Shown here: in pieces, positions 13,495 through 25,673 of the stretch
Layout: each line of letters begins with the position of its first letter
How positions within the stretch are numbered: the stretch's first letter is position 1
Origin: the human T2T-CHM13v2.0 reference genome, Homo sapiens
NCBI RefSeq assembly: GCF_009914755.1
Contig: NC_060947.1
Reading direction: 5' to 3' (one strand)
DNA: 64,000 nt
Program-made: the position numbers and the translations under genes
The notes under the pieces: model-generated
What the model was told of the DNA's origin: nothing
The model's input: the letters and a program-made list of their open reading frames with translations, nothing else
Database searches by the model: none

Positions 13495-13830
13495 GCAGCT
13501 CCTCTCTGTAGCCAGGGTATCCCAACAAGTTTTCAGCTCCTAGCAGAGAGAGTAGCTCATCGTTGCAGGCAGGTCATTCCAACAAGTGTTCAGTTCTCAG
13601 CAGAGAGGAAACTCCTCTCTGCTGCTGATCATCCTAAAAAGTGTTCAGCTATCAGTAAAAAGGGTAGCTTCTCTCTACAGCTAGTTGTTCCATCATCTGC
13701 AGCTCTTTGCATAGAGTAGGCCCTGGAGTGGGTGGCTCCTCTCTGCAGGCAGGTTGTCCCATTGTCTCTACATCTCTCAGCAAAGAGGGTAGCTCCTCTC
13801 TGCAGCTGGTCATCCCATCATCTCTCCAAC
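13495..13830. repeat. ~56-bp degenerate tandem repeat inside the MER52 LTR, about 6 units
   Basis: Recurrent agctcctctctgcag...gtgttcag...cagcagagagg. Confidence 0.8.
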
Positions 13831-16800
13831 CTCTGCTCTAATCTGGCTGGGCCCAGGGTTTTATGAACCACAGAGGAGAGAAAGTGTATGCCAACTGGTC
13901 CATGAGCAGCCATGGGCAGGCCCAGAAAAGGCACCACAAGCCCCCACTCTGCTTCATGGGACTGGCAGCCAGGCCTCCAGCCTCCAGGCTTTCCCTGGCC
14001 TGAAGGTGGGGCCTCACTGGGGACAAGTACCCTTCCACCCAGGATCACATCTGCTTCCTGCTGCCATCCATGGTGCCCAGGCTGCTTATACCAGGGGGCA
14101 CCTGCAGGCCAGTGCTGAGCTGTTCTCAGCCCCCCACTTGGCCTATTTCCCATTCTTGTTGGCACCCAACATCCAGACTGGGCTGAGGCAGCAGGAGGCT
14201 GGTGTGTCAGCACTGTCCCAAATGTGTGAACCCCTGGCAGGGCTGTGACATCAACCAGGCTCAGCTCCACATTGCTCTGAGATAGGAGTGGGCACTGACA
14301 GTGGGGAGAAGCCAGGTAGCTGGAGCAGGAACTTCTGAGCCTGCAAGGGTGGCAGGGGACTTTCTGGGCCCCCGAGAGTGCAGAAAGTCCCGGGTGCACA
14401 GCCCCAACTTGGGTGGCTGAACCTGCACCCAAGGATAATAAGGATCCTGCCTGTTTCTTGCTCCCAAGAGCACAGAGAGGCCCAGGTCTACAGCCCCCAC
14501 TTGGGCAGTTGGAGCCACACCCAGGACCCAGCCTCAGAGGGGCTGGGGCTTGCTCCTGGCTCCCACTTGCACTGTTGAGTGTGTGTCTCTGGCCACAGCC
14601 CCTCACAGCCTGAGACAGGGACTCCAGGTCGTTGCTGGGTCCAAGCCAGCGTCCAGGGCAGAGGCAACATTACCATGAGCTACCCTCATGGTCCCAGGGC
14701 TAAGTAGTGGCCCAGGGCTCCCTCTCACCTGGCTTGCTGCCCTGCCTAAGGGGCACTACAGGAGCAGATCATGGGCCCCGGACCTGACCATTGGGAGTGT
14801 CAGCCCCAGCAATCACCCCAATCTGTGGCAGACCCCAGGGGCATGGCCCAAGGAGGCCCTGCACAGAGCCTCCTTCTAAGGCGCAGGAACCCAGCACCCT
14901 TGACGAAGTGGGCACAGTGACCGAGCCACTGGCCAGGTCTCCAAAGTGGGCACCACTCTCACTTTCAGCCCTGGAGTCCCAAAGCATAGCCCCAGTTTTG
15001 CACCCCAGGCCCAGCCCCCATGCTCTGTGTACAAGCATGGCAATACCCTGGCCCAGCTCCACCTTGGGGCACCTCTCTACTTAACGACTCAGCTTCCCTG
15101 CTGGTAGGTGACTTGGCTTGGCCCCAACACAATGTCCCCCATGACATAGGGGTCTGGGGACTGTCTGCCTCCTCTCCACACTCTCCCCACAGCAGTGGCA
15201 GGCGAGAGCAGTGATGTGGGCCCAGGGTTCAGAGTGACAAAGGCTACAGGCCTGGGGATGGGTCTCATCCACCTGTGCAAGGGTGGGGGCAGCACAGTCA
15301 GCTGCATCAGGAACATGGGATACAGGGGATATGGGGCACAGTGGTCTCCTCACTGCCACTGCTGCTTTTGAAGTTGGTCCTGCCACCACCACTCATGCCT
15401 CCCCACTGCAGCTGGTGCAGGGCAGTGGCCACTTCAGATGGCCCACCATTGCCATCAATCCCCACTCAGAAGAGGTACATGTAACTGCCATTGGGATAGG
15501 AACAATAGCCACTCTTAAATGCTTTATGCTGACAGGGGCATTGTATTTGGGAAAATGGCTGTGGGATCTCTCTCAGAGGCCTAGCTAAGAATCCCTGGTA
15601 AAAAGGAAGCCATTGTCTGAGGCTTTTATTGCATGACCACTTGGATTTTCATGGCCCATCCATCTTGTCTCTTCTGAGCTGCAGTCAGATGTTACTGGTT
15701 GGTTCACAGGAATATACTTTACTCTCTTGTCAAAAGCTGCAAATAGCTCAAAAGAAAAGCTTCTTTGATGCTGAGAAACAAACAAAATGTTAGCAATTTT
15801 CTAAGCAAAAAATTTAAGAAAAGATTACTTCTGTCTTCCATTAGTTTAGTCCACCCAGGAAATTCCTGTTCACAATCTCCAAAGTTATCAGAAACCTACA
15901 CTCAAGAACTATAATCCATCTTTTGAAGAGGATAAAAACAACGCAATTGTCTGTTAATATCAAAATGTACTAGGGTAGTAACAGTCAAACATGATTGACA
16001 AATAAATGTGGTCACCTCTATGGTCTACTATAACCTAACACAATAACCCTAATTATAATTGATAACACATACTCAGACATCAGAATTTTAGATTTACCAT
16101 TTTGGACCACATATCTACATTTTGAAGACATTTCTATTTTCCCAATAATCTTTATAACTGTTTCTATTTCTCAAAGATTAAAGTCATGTGAACTAAATGG
16201 CATTACAGCTTCTATTTTTCTTTAAAAATATTTGATCTAAGCACTTATTTTTCCTTAAGCCAATGAATTAAAGACCTCTTTCATATAAGCATCACAAATA
16301 TAACACATATCTATCTACACAGATAGAGAGAAGGAGATCTAGTAGTTGTTAAGATTTTTCATGTGCCAAACTCTTAATTGGATTACTGTGCTGGGGGTAT
16401 AGCTCTTTTTCCAAGGAATCCCAGGCCACTAGAAGTCATCCTGGAGTCCCTCAGGTGTGCATTAAGAGTGGCAAGACAGAAATGGAGACAAATAATTCGG
16501 TTGACTAAGAAGAAACACCTTTTTCCAGAAAAACAAGATTCACGAAAAGAAAAGACATAAAGGCCTTTTAAATATACCTATACTTGGATATCCATCTTTA
16601 ATTAACCTGACTTTTAACCATAGCACTCTCTTCTTAAGAAGTTCTTTTAAATCTATTATTACCCAACCTTAGCCATGCCAAATGGCAAATATTTCTGGCT
16701 TCTGCACTCATTATGGAGGGGCAGAGAATGTAGTGCCTTTTACCATTCATGTAACCAGTTGCACAGAGAGAAAGAAGTCAAAAGTCTGACTGGTAAGAAC

Positions 16801-17889
16801 TTTTACCATTTTGTCAGCATGACAGCCTTCTGGGTTCTGTTCCCCTGAGCTACGGAGCCCTGTTGACCCTGGAGTCCTGTGAAGGGGAAAAAGACAAAGA
16901 GAACTTGTCCGTCCTCAAGTAATTGCCAAGCAATTACGGTTTGGGAAAATAAAACTCTTCCCAATTTGGAGGATATATCTGAGGGGAGTGTCCTGTGCTA
17001 TGGAGATGCAAGTACACATCTATGAAGAGAGGACAAAGGAGGAAAAAAGAAAAGTATTTTTTATTTCTTTCTCCAACGTCTGAGCATCAAGTGGGTTCCA
17101 GTGATTTTGGATGCACTGGAGAGGAGTGCAGGCTGAAAATGATTGGTTACCCATCTGAAGAGGGGAAAAAGGCATCCCATTGTTCTCTCTCTTCCTAGCA
17201 AATACCCATGGTACCTGATGGAGAGAAAAAAAAGACATCCCTTTTTCTCCTGACCTTATATCCCTGAGTCCTGGCAACCTGTGCAGGTGCTGACCATGGG
17301 TGCAAGTGCAACCTTCACCCATGAAGTGGGGAGACTTAACTTCAGGAATATTCTCACTTACCTGTGCAGTGCCTAAGCCTCCTGCTGTCAGTAACCTTTG
17401 AGTTCCCTATACCTTAACTATGTCATGGATGTGAGCATGACCTCCATCAACAAAGTGGGAGGGCTTAATTGGAAGGAATTGGTCATGCTCACCTGTTCTG
17501 TACTCTTTGACTCCTGCTGTGATCTGTCTCAGGTCTAGTGTTCCATTCTAGGTCTTCAAACCAAACCTTGGGACAAAAAGATGCCTCAGGAGTGTGTTTG
17601 GACCCATTAAATTAGTCCCAGGTGGCCCTCACCAAATTGAATCTAGGAATTGGTAGGGGCACCTTCTCTATTGCTCCACTATCATAAACTGGTGGAGCTG
17701 TGGGACCATATTTTCCTCAAACAAGGGAGGGAAAGGGAGTCCCGGGAATTGGGAACCTGGCCTATTAAGGTGCTTCCCAAAAGAAAAAAAAAAGCTAAAC
17801 CCCTCACATAGAAAAGCTCTCTATATTCACAGGACTCTGTTGACTTCTAACATGGTGGAGGAAGGAGATCTGAGACACCACTCATGGTC

Positions 17890-18000
17890 CTGTCAAGAGA
17901 GGAGAACTGAAAGGCCTGCTCTAGATTCCAGGAGGAGGTCCACCCTCTTTTTCTCAACCCACAGAATCACTGGAGTTCCTGGATGGCAATGGTGATCTGA
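17890..18000 (-). pseudogene. Retroviral protease remnant
   Basis: Minus-strand translation VDLLLESRAGLSVLLS* corresponds to the LLDTGA active-site motif with DTG decayed; truncated afterwards. Confidence 0.65.
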
Positions 18001-18059
18001 ACCACCAGAGCCAGGCAGAGGTGCCATGGGACCTGCCAATCCTGCTGGACCATTTGGGA

Positions 18060-19300
18060 AACTGGCCCTGGACCCATTGACCCATGTCTCTGTGGACAGT
18101 TCGCCCTTCCATGGTCCTCATCGAAAACTGGACAGGGCACAGGTGGCCTCCTCCCATTGTTCAGACAGTCCCTCCTGAAGTGCCCTGACTCACCACATTT
18201 GTGGCAGTCAACAGGTGCATCTCAGGGACTCTGGGGCCAGGACCCCATAAGGCAGTTATTAGAGCGTCTGCCTTTTTCTTATATCTCCCCTCCCTTTTCT
18301 GGACTTCCTCCCAGCTTCCACTGCAAAACACTAAGGTGGCCACTCCCAAGAGGCCCTCTAAAGTACCATCTGGTCCCACAGCTTGTTTCTGCAGCTTCCT
18401 TCTGACATCAGAGGCTGCCTGTGCAATAAACTTATCCCCTAGGACCAGCTGTCCTTTGACCAAGTCAGGAGACAGAGAGGTGTGCTTTGCCAAGGCTCCT
18501 CCCAGCGCCACCCCACCTCACCCCAGAAAGGCAGTGAGACTTTTATCCAATTTCTAGTCTATCGTGGATAGCCTAGTAATCAAGAGGCCTAGTTTCAGTG
18601 CCTTGCAAGCCCTATAGTATGCACACCTGAAAGTGTTTCTTCCTTCTTTCTCCTATTTCATCATTGGGGTCCTATTTAAGGTCCTCAAATGGCACTGCTA
18701 CTTTTCCAATCAAGTAAGTCTCATCCCCTTCCCTGGCCCTATATGAGAAACAAAGCTCATCCCCAAAATTATCTGCCATTTGCAGGATGGCCTGCCTTTT
18801 ATCTGTGGTCAGGGTCTGATTCAAAGGTAACATGACATCCTTATAGGAGAGCTTAAATACTTGGGTTAAGTTCTGGAAAGCCTTTATATACCTGTCAGGG
18901 CTGTATGAAAACTTGCCAAAACCTCTCTTAATTTACAGTAAGCCCTGTAGAGAAAAGGGGACCTTAATGGGGCCATAGCCACCTAGCATCTCTTATAGTG
19001 GCAGAAGCGAGACTTGCCTAAAATGAGGATTTCTAGGCTGGGGCAAGCTTGAGAGAAAACCTGGGTAAGGAGGAGCTGAGGGGCTTGATTCCCCCGCTGG
19101 AGGTACCTCTGGGGTTTGCTTCCCTATTTCCTTGAAATTGCCCCTTGCAGCCTCTCCTGAGATGGCCAATAGAAGGACTGAATCAATCCTACAATGTTGC
19201 CAAAGGTCCAGATTACCCTACAAGGTATAGAAGATCTGCACATATGGAACATTGGACCATTTGTCCTCACATTTACAGAAAAGCATCCTTCCTGAGGTCA
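18060..19300 (-). pseudogene. gag: ERV1 gag pseudogene (end of MA, CA, NC)
   Basis: ORF 18161-18511 (ALAKHTSLSPDLVKGQLVLGDKFIAQAASDVRRKLQK) is HERV-W/HUERS-P3-like p30; zinc knuckle CHKCGESGHFRRDC at 18206-18165; KWSNVPYVQIF near 19240; frameshifted. Confidence 0.85.
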
Positions 19301-19996
19301 CGGTTCTTTTCTATACCTCAAGTATTAAGTTGGCAACCAAGAAAATTACAATAACATTTTCACCACAAATTTACATAAGATGCCAAGGCACACTTTGCTT
19401 CATCTGTGCTACTCTTAACCTTCCATTTTATACTTTTGATGACTAAGCCAAATGCTCATTCTACCCAGTAACATCTCTGGTTTGCAAAAAGATCCTTAAC
19501 AGTTAACATTGTATATAAAGAAGAGAAAGAAACCATGGCAGTGTGAAAGAAAGAAAAAATAGTAGGAAATACTGGAGGTCCTAGTGCTGACACCCTAACA
19601 GGTGGTTGAGGACTAGAGTTAGTCCAGGGGTCTTTGGATAACACTGATGGCTACTCTCAGATACCCTCAGTTGCCCCAGCACCTCCTTCCAGTGTCACAT
19701 GATGGCTAGACCTCCAAGAAGGGAAACTGAGTTGGAAGAAAGCCAACATTCCCAAAACTCAAGGGTAATGGGGAATTGACAGTGTCCTCATTCCCAACAC
19801 TCAAGGGTGATGGGGGATTGACACTGTCCTCCCCAGCAAGCCTGTCCTCCATGTCTTAAGTCTGGCAGCTGTGCTAGTCACTTCTACCTGTCTGACAGAG
19901 GCCTGGTATTTGTCTTGCATTTTGGCTATTGTGGAGTTTAGGGACTCTGAAAAAAGGACAGAAAGAGTTGATCTGCTTTTACTTACCCTTCCACAG

Positions 19997-20014
19997 ATCC
20001 CTAATGAGCCCCCA
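19997..20014 (-). promoter_or_regulatory. Primer-binding site, tRNA-Pro
   Basis: tgggggctcattagggat versus tRNA-Pro complement tgggggctcgtccgggat (15/18), 3 nt after the LTR end; splice donor g|gtaagt at 19986-19981. Confidence 0.8.
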
Positions 20015-20017
20015 AGT

Positions 20018-22478
20018 TGTTACAGGATCTTCAAGGTGTCACTTTTCTGGCCAGAAATCTGTGGCCAGTAGTATCTTTGCCTGAGTTTTGCTCAGGCTTG
20101 CTGGGTTCATTCCACCCATTTGGCCTGGCAGGCTGTGCTCAGCTCATGCTATTAGCCTGGATCCCATGCCTCCAAGAGAGACTGTGAGTCAGGCATGGAA
20201 CAATGAGAGGTATGTAAGCAAGTGTAGGGTCTGGCCACTGCACAGTAAGACACTCCGGCTGATATCACAAGATAGTCAAATCCAGGTGCTGGCGTTCATT
20301 CCAGCTATCTGTGGGCCTGTGGCTGGACCAGGTGCACCACAAGCAGGTTCCCCAGCTGGCACCAGGGAATGCAGTGGTGCCCAGAAGCTTGGAGGAACCA
20401 GGAATTGCAGGGGCCTAAAGACGGAGTCACAGCCCTGGCTCAGGCAGTTCCAAGGTCTGCACTCCCTGAAGAACCACAGGTCTTCTCTCCTTGTCTTCAC
20501 CTGCAATGTGGTGAGCAAGGGGCATGTTTCAGCCCTGTTTGTGTTATGGCTCTTTTAGCCTTGCTATTTGGCAGGTCCTGAGTTCTTGTCCTGTGACCAG
20601 GAAGAATGAGGTACGCAGAGAAGTGGAGGGTGAGCAAGATGAAGAGGAGCTTTATTGCGCAATAGAACAGCTCAGAGAAGACCTGCAGTGGGCAGATCGT
20701 CTCCATAGCTAGGGTGTCCAGTGAGTGTTCAGATCCTAGCAAAGAAGGTAGCTCCTCTCTGCAGGCAGGTAATCCCAACAAGTGTTCAGTTCTTGGCAGA
20801 GAGGATAGCTCCTTTCTGCAGCTGATTATTGTCTGCAACTCTCAACAGAGAGGATGACCTAGAATGGGTGGCTCCTCTCTGAAGGCAGGTCATCTCATCG
20901 TCTCTGCATCTCTCAGCATAGAGGGTATTTCCTCTCTGCAGCTGGTCATCTGGTCATCTCCCCTTTCTCTGCTCTGCTCTGGCTGAGCCCAGGGCTTTTA
21001 TGGGCCTGAGAGAGGATGACGTGTGTGTCAATTGGTTTATGGGAAGCCATAGGCAGGCTTTGAAAAAGTACCACAAGCCCTTACTCCAGGCCACAGGACT
21101 AGAAGCCCAGCCCTCAGCTTTCAGGCCCTCCCTGGTCTGTAGGTGGGGCCTCACCAGGGGCCCACTCCCTTCTGTCCAGAAGCTCATCTGCTTCCTGACA
21201 CTGTGCATGGTGCCAAGGCTGCTTATGCCAAGGGGCACCTGCAGGCCATCACTGAGCTGTCCTTTGCCCCCTGTCCAGGCTCCCTCTCACTCTTGTTTTC
21301 TCCCAATGTCCAGAGGGGGCTGAAGTGGCAGGGGGCTGGTGTGTCAGCCCTGCCCCAAGCATGTGAACCCCCGGCTGGGCTGTGACAGTGCTCAGGCTAA
21401 GCGCTACATTGCTCCAAGTTTGGAGCAGGCATCAACAGCAGAGAGAAGCCAGGTAGCGGGACCAGACACTTCTGAGACTGCAAAGGCAGTGGGGTGCCTT
21501 CTGGGCTCCCAAGAGCACAGGGAGGCCCAGGTCCACATCCCTGACTTGGGTGGCCACAGCTGTACCCAGGATGGTGGGGCTGGTGTCTGCTTCCAGCTTC
21601 CACCAGCTCCCTGGAGCATGCAGCCACAGCTGTGCCCCCTCATAGCCTGGGGCAGGAGCTCCAGGTCCTTGCTGGGCTAGGGCCACTGTCTGGGGCTGGG
21701 CAATGTTGCTGCAAGCTCCCTATCACCCTGGTGCTCAGGGACAGCCAGAACTTCTGCCTTGCCTGGTTCATGGCCCTGCAGGGTGGGCACCTCTGTGAAA
21801 AGATCATGGAACCCAGGTCCAGCTATCAGGAGTTTCATGCTTGGTGTTCACCCCAATGTGGGGTGGACCCTGGGGATGTGGCCCTGGCCGGGCTTGCACA
21901 GAGCCTCCTCCTGAGGCAAAGAAACCCAGCACCCTTTGTGGGGTGGATGTGGTGACCATGCAACTGGCCAGGTCCCCAAATGGGTGCCACTCCCGCTTCC
22001 CAATGCAGGCCGCTGAAAAATGACCCTAGCTCTGCATCCCAAGCCTGACCCCTGCACTCTGTGTTAAAGCACGGCAATGCCGCAGGACCAGCTCCACCTT
22101 AGGTCCCTTCTCTGCCCATCTGCACTGACTGTTCCTGCATCACCAGACAACTCAGTCTGGCCCTATTGCAACAACCCTGGGACAGCAGATTCCAGAGATT
22201 GTCCACCTCCTTCCCAAGCCTGTCCCGCAGCGGCAGTAGGCAGGAGCAGAGACATGGGTCCCGAGGTCCAGAGCGACAGAGGCTCCGGGCCTGAGGGTGG
22301 GTCCTGCTCAGCTGCACAAGGGTCAGGGTGGCACACTTGGCAGCCTTGGGGTTGCTGGGCCTGGGGATGTGGGGCACAAAGATCACCCTGCTGCAACTGC
22401 TGCCACCACTGCTCATGCCTCCCCACTGCAGCCGGCATGGTGGCAGTGGCCACTCCAGACGACCTGCTGCTGCCCTCA
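20018..22478 (-). mobile_element. MER52 5' LTR
   Basis: tgttacaggatcttcaaggtgtcacttttctggcc ... gctgccctca; about 5 units of the 56-bp repeat at 20690-20960. Confidence 0.87.
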
Positions 22479-22598
22479 GTATCATGGGGGAAACTGCCAC
22501 CATCATTCAGTTACCTCCCACCGGGTCCCTCCCACGACATGTGGGGAATATTGGAACTACAAGATGAGATTGGGGTGGGGACACAGCCAAACCATATA
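22479..22598 (-). mobile_element. THE1 5' LTR, right part
   Basis: catgggggaaactgcc...ggggacacagccaaaccatat continues where 12210-12457 stops. Confidence 0.9.
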
Positions 22599-23635
22599 TA
22601 AGTAGCTCAAACAATTTGATAGGAAAAATCTAATAATCCAATTTTTAAATGGGCAGAAGGTCTGAATAGATATTTCTTAAAAGAAGACATAAAAATGGCA
22701 ACCAGACATATGAAAAAAATGCTCAACATAATTAATCATTAGAGAAATGCAAATCAAAACTATAATGAGATATTACCTTACTGCAGTTACAATGGCTTTC
22801 ATCCAAAAGACAGATATTAATGAATTCTGGCAAGAAAGGGGAACCCTTGTATACTGTTAGCGTGAGTGTAAATTAGTACAACCACTATAAAGAATACGAT
22901 GGAGCTTCCTCAAAAAACTGAAAGTAGAACTACCATTTGATCCAGCAGTCCTACTGCTGGCTATCTACCAAAAAGAAATGAAATCAGTACATCAAAGAGA
23001 TATCTGCACTCTCATGTTTATTGCAGCACTATTCACAGTAGCCAAGATATAAAATCAACCTAAGTGTCTATCAATGGATTAATGAATAAATAAAATGTGG
23101 TACATATACACAATGGAAGATTTTTCAGCTATAAGAAATGAAATCTTACTTTTTGCACCAATGTGGATGGAAGTGGAGGACATTATGCTATGTAAAATGA
23201 GCCAGGCACAGAAAGATAAATTTTAAATATATGTTCTCACTAATATGTGGGAACTGAAAATTAAAACAATTGAATTCATAAATATAAAGAGTAGAATGGT
23301 GGTTACCAGAGACCGGCAAGGTTAGTGGGTAGAGGGCAAAATGTGGGGATGGTTAACGGGTGCAAAAATATAGTTAGAATAAATAAGAAATAACCGTTGG
23401 TAGAAAAACAGAGTGAATATAGTCAACATTAATTTATTTTATATTTAAAAATAACTAAAAATGTTAAATTGGAATGTTTCTAACACAAATACATGATAAA
23501 TGTTTGAGGAGATGGATACTCCAATTACCCTGATGTGATTATTACACATTGTATATTGTGTCAGAACATCTCATATATCTCATAAATATATACACCTATT
23601 ATGTAACCTTAATAATTAAGAATAAAAATAATATT
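22599..23635 (+). mobile_element. L1MA (3-5-like) ORF2 end and complete 3' UTR
   Basis: atataagtagctcaaacaa...agagatatctgcactctcatgtttattgcagcac...tacacctattatgtaacc followed by an A-rich tail. Confidence 0.88.
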
Positions 23636-23639
23636 AAAT

Positions 23640-25110
23640 AAATCAGCTGTCTTGAATTTTCTGTCTGAAAGGTCACATATCTCTGTCACACTGGGATTTG
23701 TCTCTGGTGCCATATTCAGTTTGTTACGTGAGGTCATGTTATTGTGGATGTTCTTGATGTTTGTATATGTTCCTTGATGTCTGGACATTGAAGAGTTACA
23801 CATTTATTCTAACCTTCACAGTCTGAGCTTCTTTGTACACTCATCCTGCTTGAGAAGGCTTTTCATGTATTCAAAGAGAATTGAGTGTTGTGATCTAAGT
23901 CTTTGTTCACTGCAGTTGTATCACCACTGGGATGCATACTAAGCCTAGTAACGCTGAATCTCTTGCAGACTCATACCATCTGGGCACACTTGGGTAAGGT
24001 TTGGAAGTGTTCCCTGGATTACCAGGCAGAGTCTCTTGTTTTATTTCCTGACTTTCCTCCAAACTGAAGTAGTCTCTCTTACTGCTGGCCAGCCTGGAGT
24101 TGGGGGAGACGTGATGCAAGCACTCCCTTGGCCACCACAACTGGGACTGCACTGGATTACACCTGATCCAGTACAGTGCTGGGTTTTACCAAAGGCCCGA
24201 AAAAACTACTGCTTGGCTACCTCTGATGTTTATTCCAAGCCTAAGTGCTCTTTAATTAGCAGGTGCTAAATCCTTTCAAGACTAGGTGTCTTTTCTTCAG
24301 GGAAGTGGGTTCCCTTCTGATCCTAGGAGAGTCTTGGAATGCCACCCTAGAGCTATGGCCTGGAATTGCGGGCCTCAGGAATCTGCTTGTTGCTTTATTT
24401 TACTGTGCTTGAAATCATATTTAGGTTTTAAGGCAAAGTTTTATTTGCTCTGCCCTCTTCTTTCCCTAGAAGGGAGGAGTCTTTCACCAAGCTGAACTGC
24501 CTGCAGTTGCAGCAGGGATGATGTGATTATTCCCTTGGCCACCACAGCAGGTGTCTCATGGGGTCATGGGCACTCCAAGTCCAATGGCTCCGAGTCCAGT
24601 GCTGCACCCAGATTTGTGCAAGAATTGCGGTCCTTGTGACCTGGCTGCTTTTCAAATTTATTCGGGACCCTTGAGCACTACTGTTATTGAGCGGTGGAGC
24701 TAGCTGAAACTCTGGTTCCTACCACTGGGATGGAGTATTTCCCTCTGGCTGGGGATTGTCTAAGTGCTCTCTTAATGGGGGCTGGTAGAATTCTGCCCTG
24801 TGTTATGTACCACCATGACAGGGCAGCACAAAGTTCCAATGAATAGTTCCACAGTCACTTCACTCTCTATTCCCCAAGCCCAAAGATACTCTCCATGCAC
24901 TCCTGGGAGATAAGGGAGGGGTGATGTAGGCAATGCAGAAGTGTCTTTCCTATTGTCTTCAGAGCCTTGTTTCTTTGATATGATGTTTGCTCACCTGATT
25001 TTTGGTTCTTATTTGGTGTTTTGTTGCATAGAGCATTGTTCAATTTTGTTTTCCTATAGTGGGGGATGATTGCTGGAGGGTTCTCTTCAACTACCTTATT
25101 CTGCCATCCA
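23640..25110 (-). mobile_element. L1M/L1MA 5' UTR and ORF1 N-terminus
   Basis: ORF 23609-23803 (NMTSRNKLNMAP...TEICDLSDRKFK) is the L1M ORF1p N-terminus; GC-richer 5' UTR ending ...ttattctgccatcc. Confidence 0.8.
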
Positions 25111-25127
25111 CTTGATTTCTAAAAATT

Positions 25128-25250
25128 TACTTGTGTGTCTCTCCAATCAAGTTTAAACTATATTAGGATTAATCTGTGCCTTTTTATTTAACAATAAAGC
25201 CACAATACTTAGAATAGTGTCATAAACATAATAAAAATCTAAATATTACA
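25128..25250 (+). mobile_element. L2 extreme 3' end
   Basis: tgtgtgtctctcc...cacaatacttagaatagtgtcataaacataataaaaatctaaatatt. Confidence 0.55.
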
Positions 25251-25430
25251 GTTGCAATATGTTTTAGTTACCATAGCATCACAATAAAAGGAATAAGCAT
25301 TTTTTGTTAGAGGAACTCAAAGAAAGTTTTATAAAGTAAATGACATATAAACTGGATATTTTAAGGAAGGGTAGGAGTTGTTAGACAAAGGTGGGAGTTA
25401 AGGAAAAGTGAAAGGTGATCGCAAATGTAG

Positions 25431-25673
25431 GCAGCATGACAGAATAATTACAGACATAGGTTTGGGAGTGAGACAAATGTGGGTTTGAAGCCTTGCTTTA
25501 CCACTTAGCAAATGTAAAATTTTGGACAAGTGATTTTACCCCTCTGACTTTGTTTTCTTATTCTGTAAAATAGAGTTATAAATATCCCCATCTAATATGA
25601 GTGTTTTGAAGAGGTAAGTAGTGTATACAACAGTGATCAGCACAGTTTTTGACATATAGGTTAAATAAATGGT
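25431..25673 (+). mobile_element. MIR
   Basis: gggtttgaagccttgctttaccacttagc...ttggacaagtgatttt...ctgtaaaat...cagcacag core. Confidence 0.8.

Larger units (their letters stand above)
12458..15457 (-). mobile_element. MER52 (ERV1) 3' LTR containing a THE1B solo LTR
   Basis: tctttggggtgtcacttttctgg ... cattgccatca termini; GC-rich; homologous to 20018-22478; preceded in element sense by purine tract gagtggggat. Confidence 0.85.
15458..20017 (-). mobile_element. MER52 internal region (HUERS-P3/MER4-group-like), non-autonomous: gag and a pro stub, no pol or env seen
   Basis: Lies between the two MER52 LTRs; tRNA-Pro PBS; gag homology. Confidence 0.8.

Noticed and set aside
13495-13830. CRISPR-like repeat array
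   Set aside because: Degenerate head-to-tail LTR repeats without unique spacers, in primate DNA with no cas genes.
12527-15588. Dense overlapping ORFs (up to 262 aa) and high GC suggesting a gene or CpG island; same at 20088-22605
   Set aside because: All lie in GC-rich MER52 LTRs where stop codons are rare; CpGs are largely decayed and no protein domain is recognisable.
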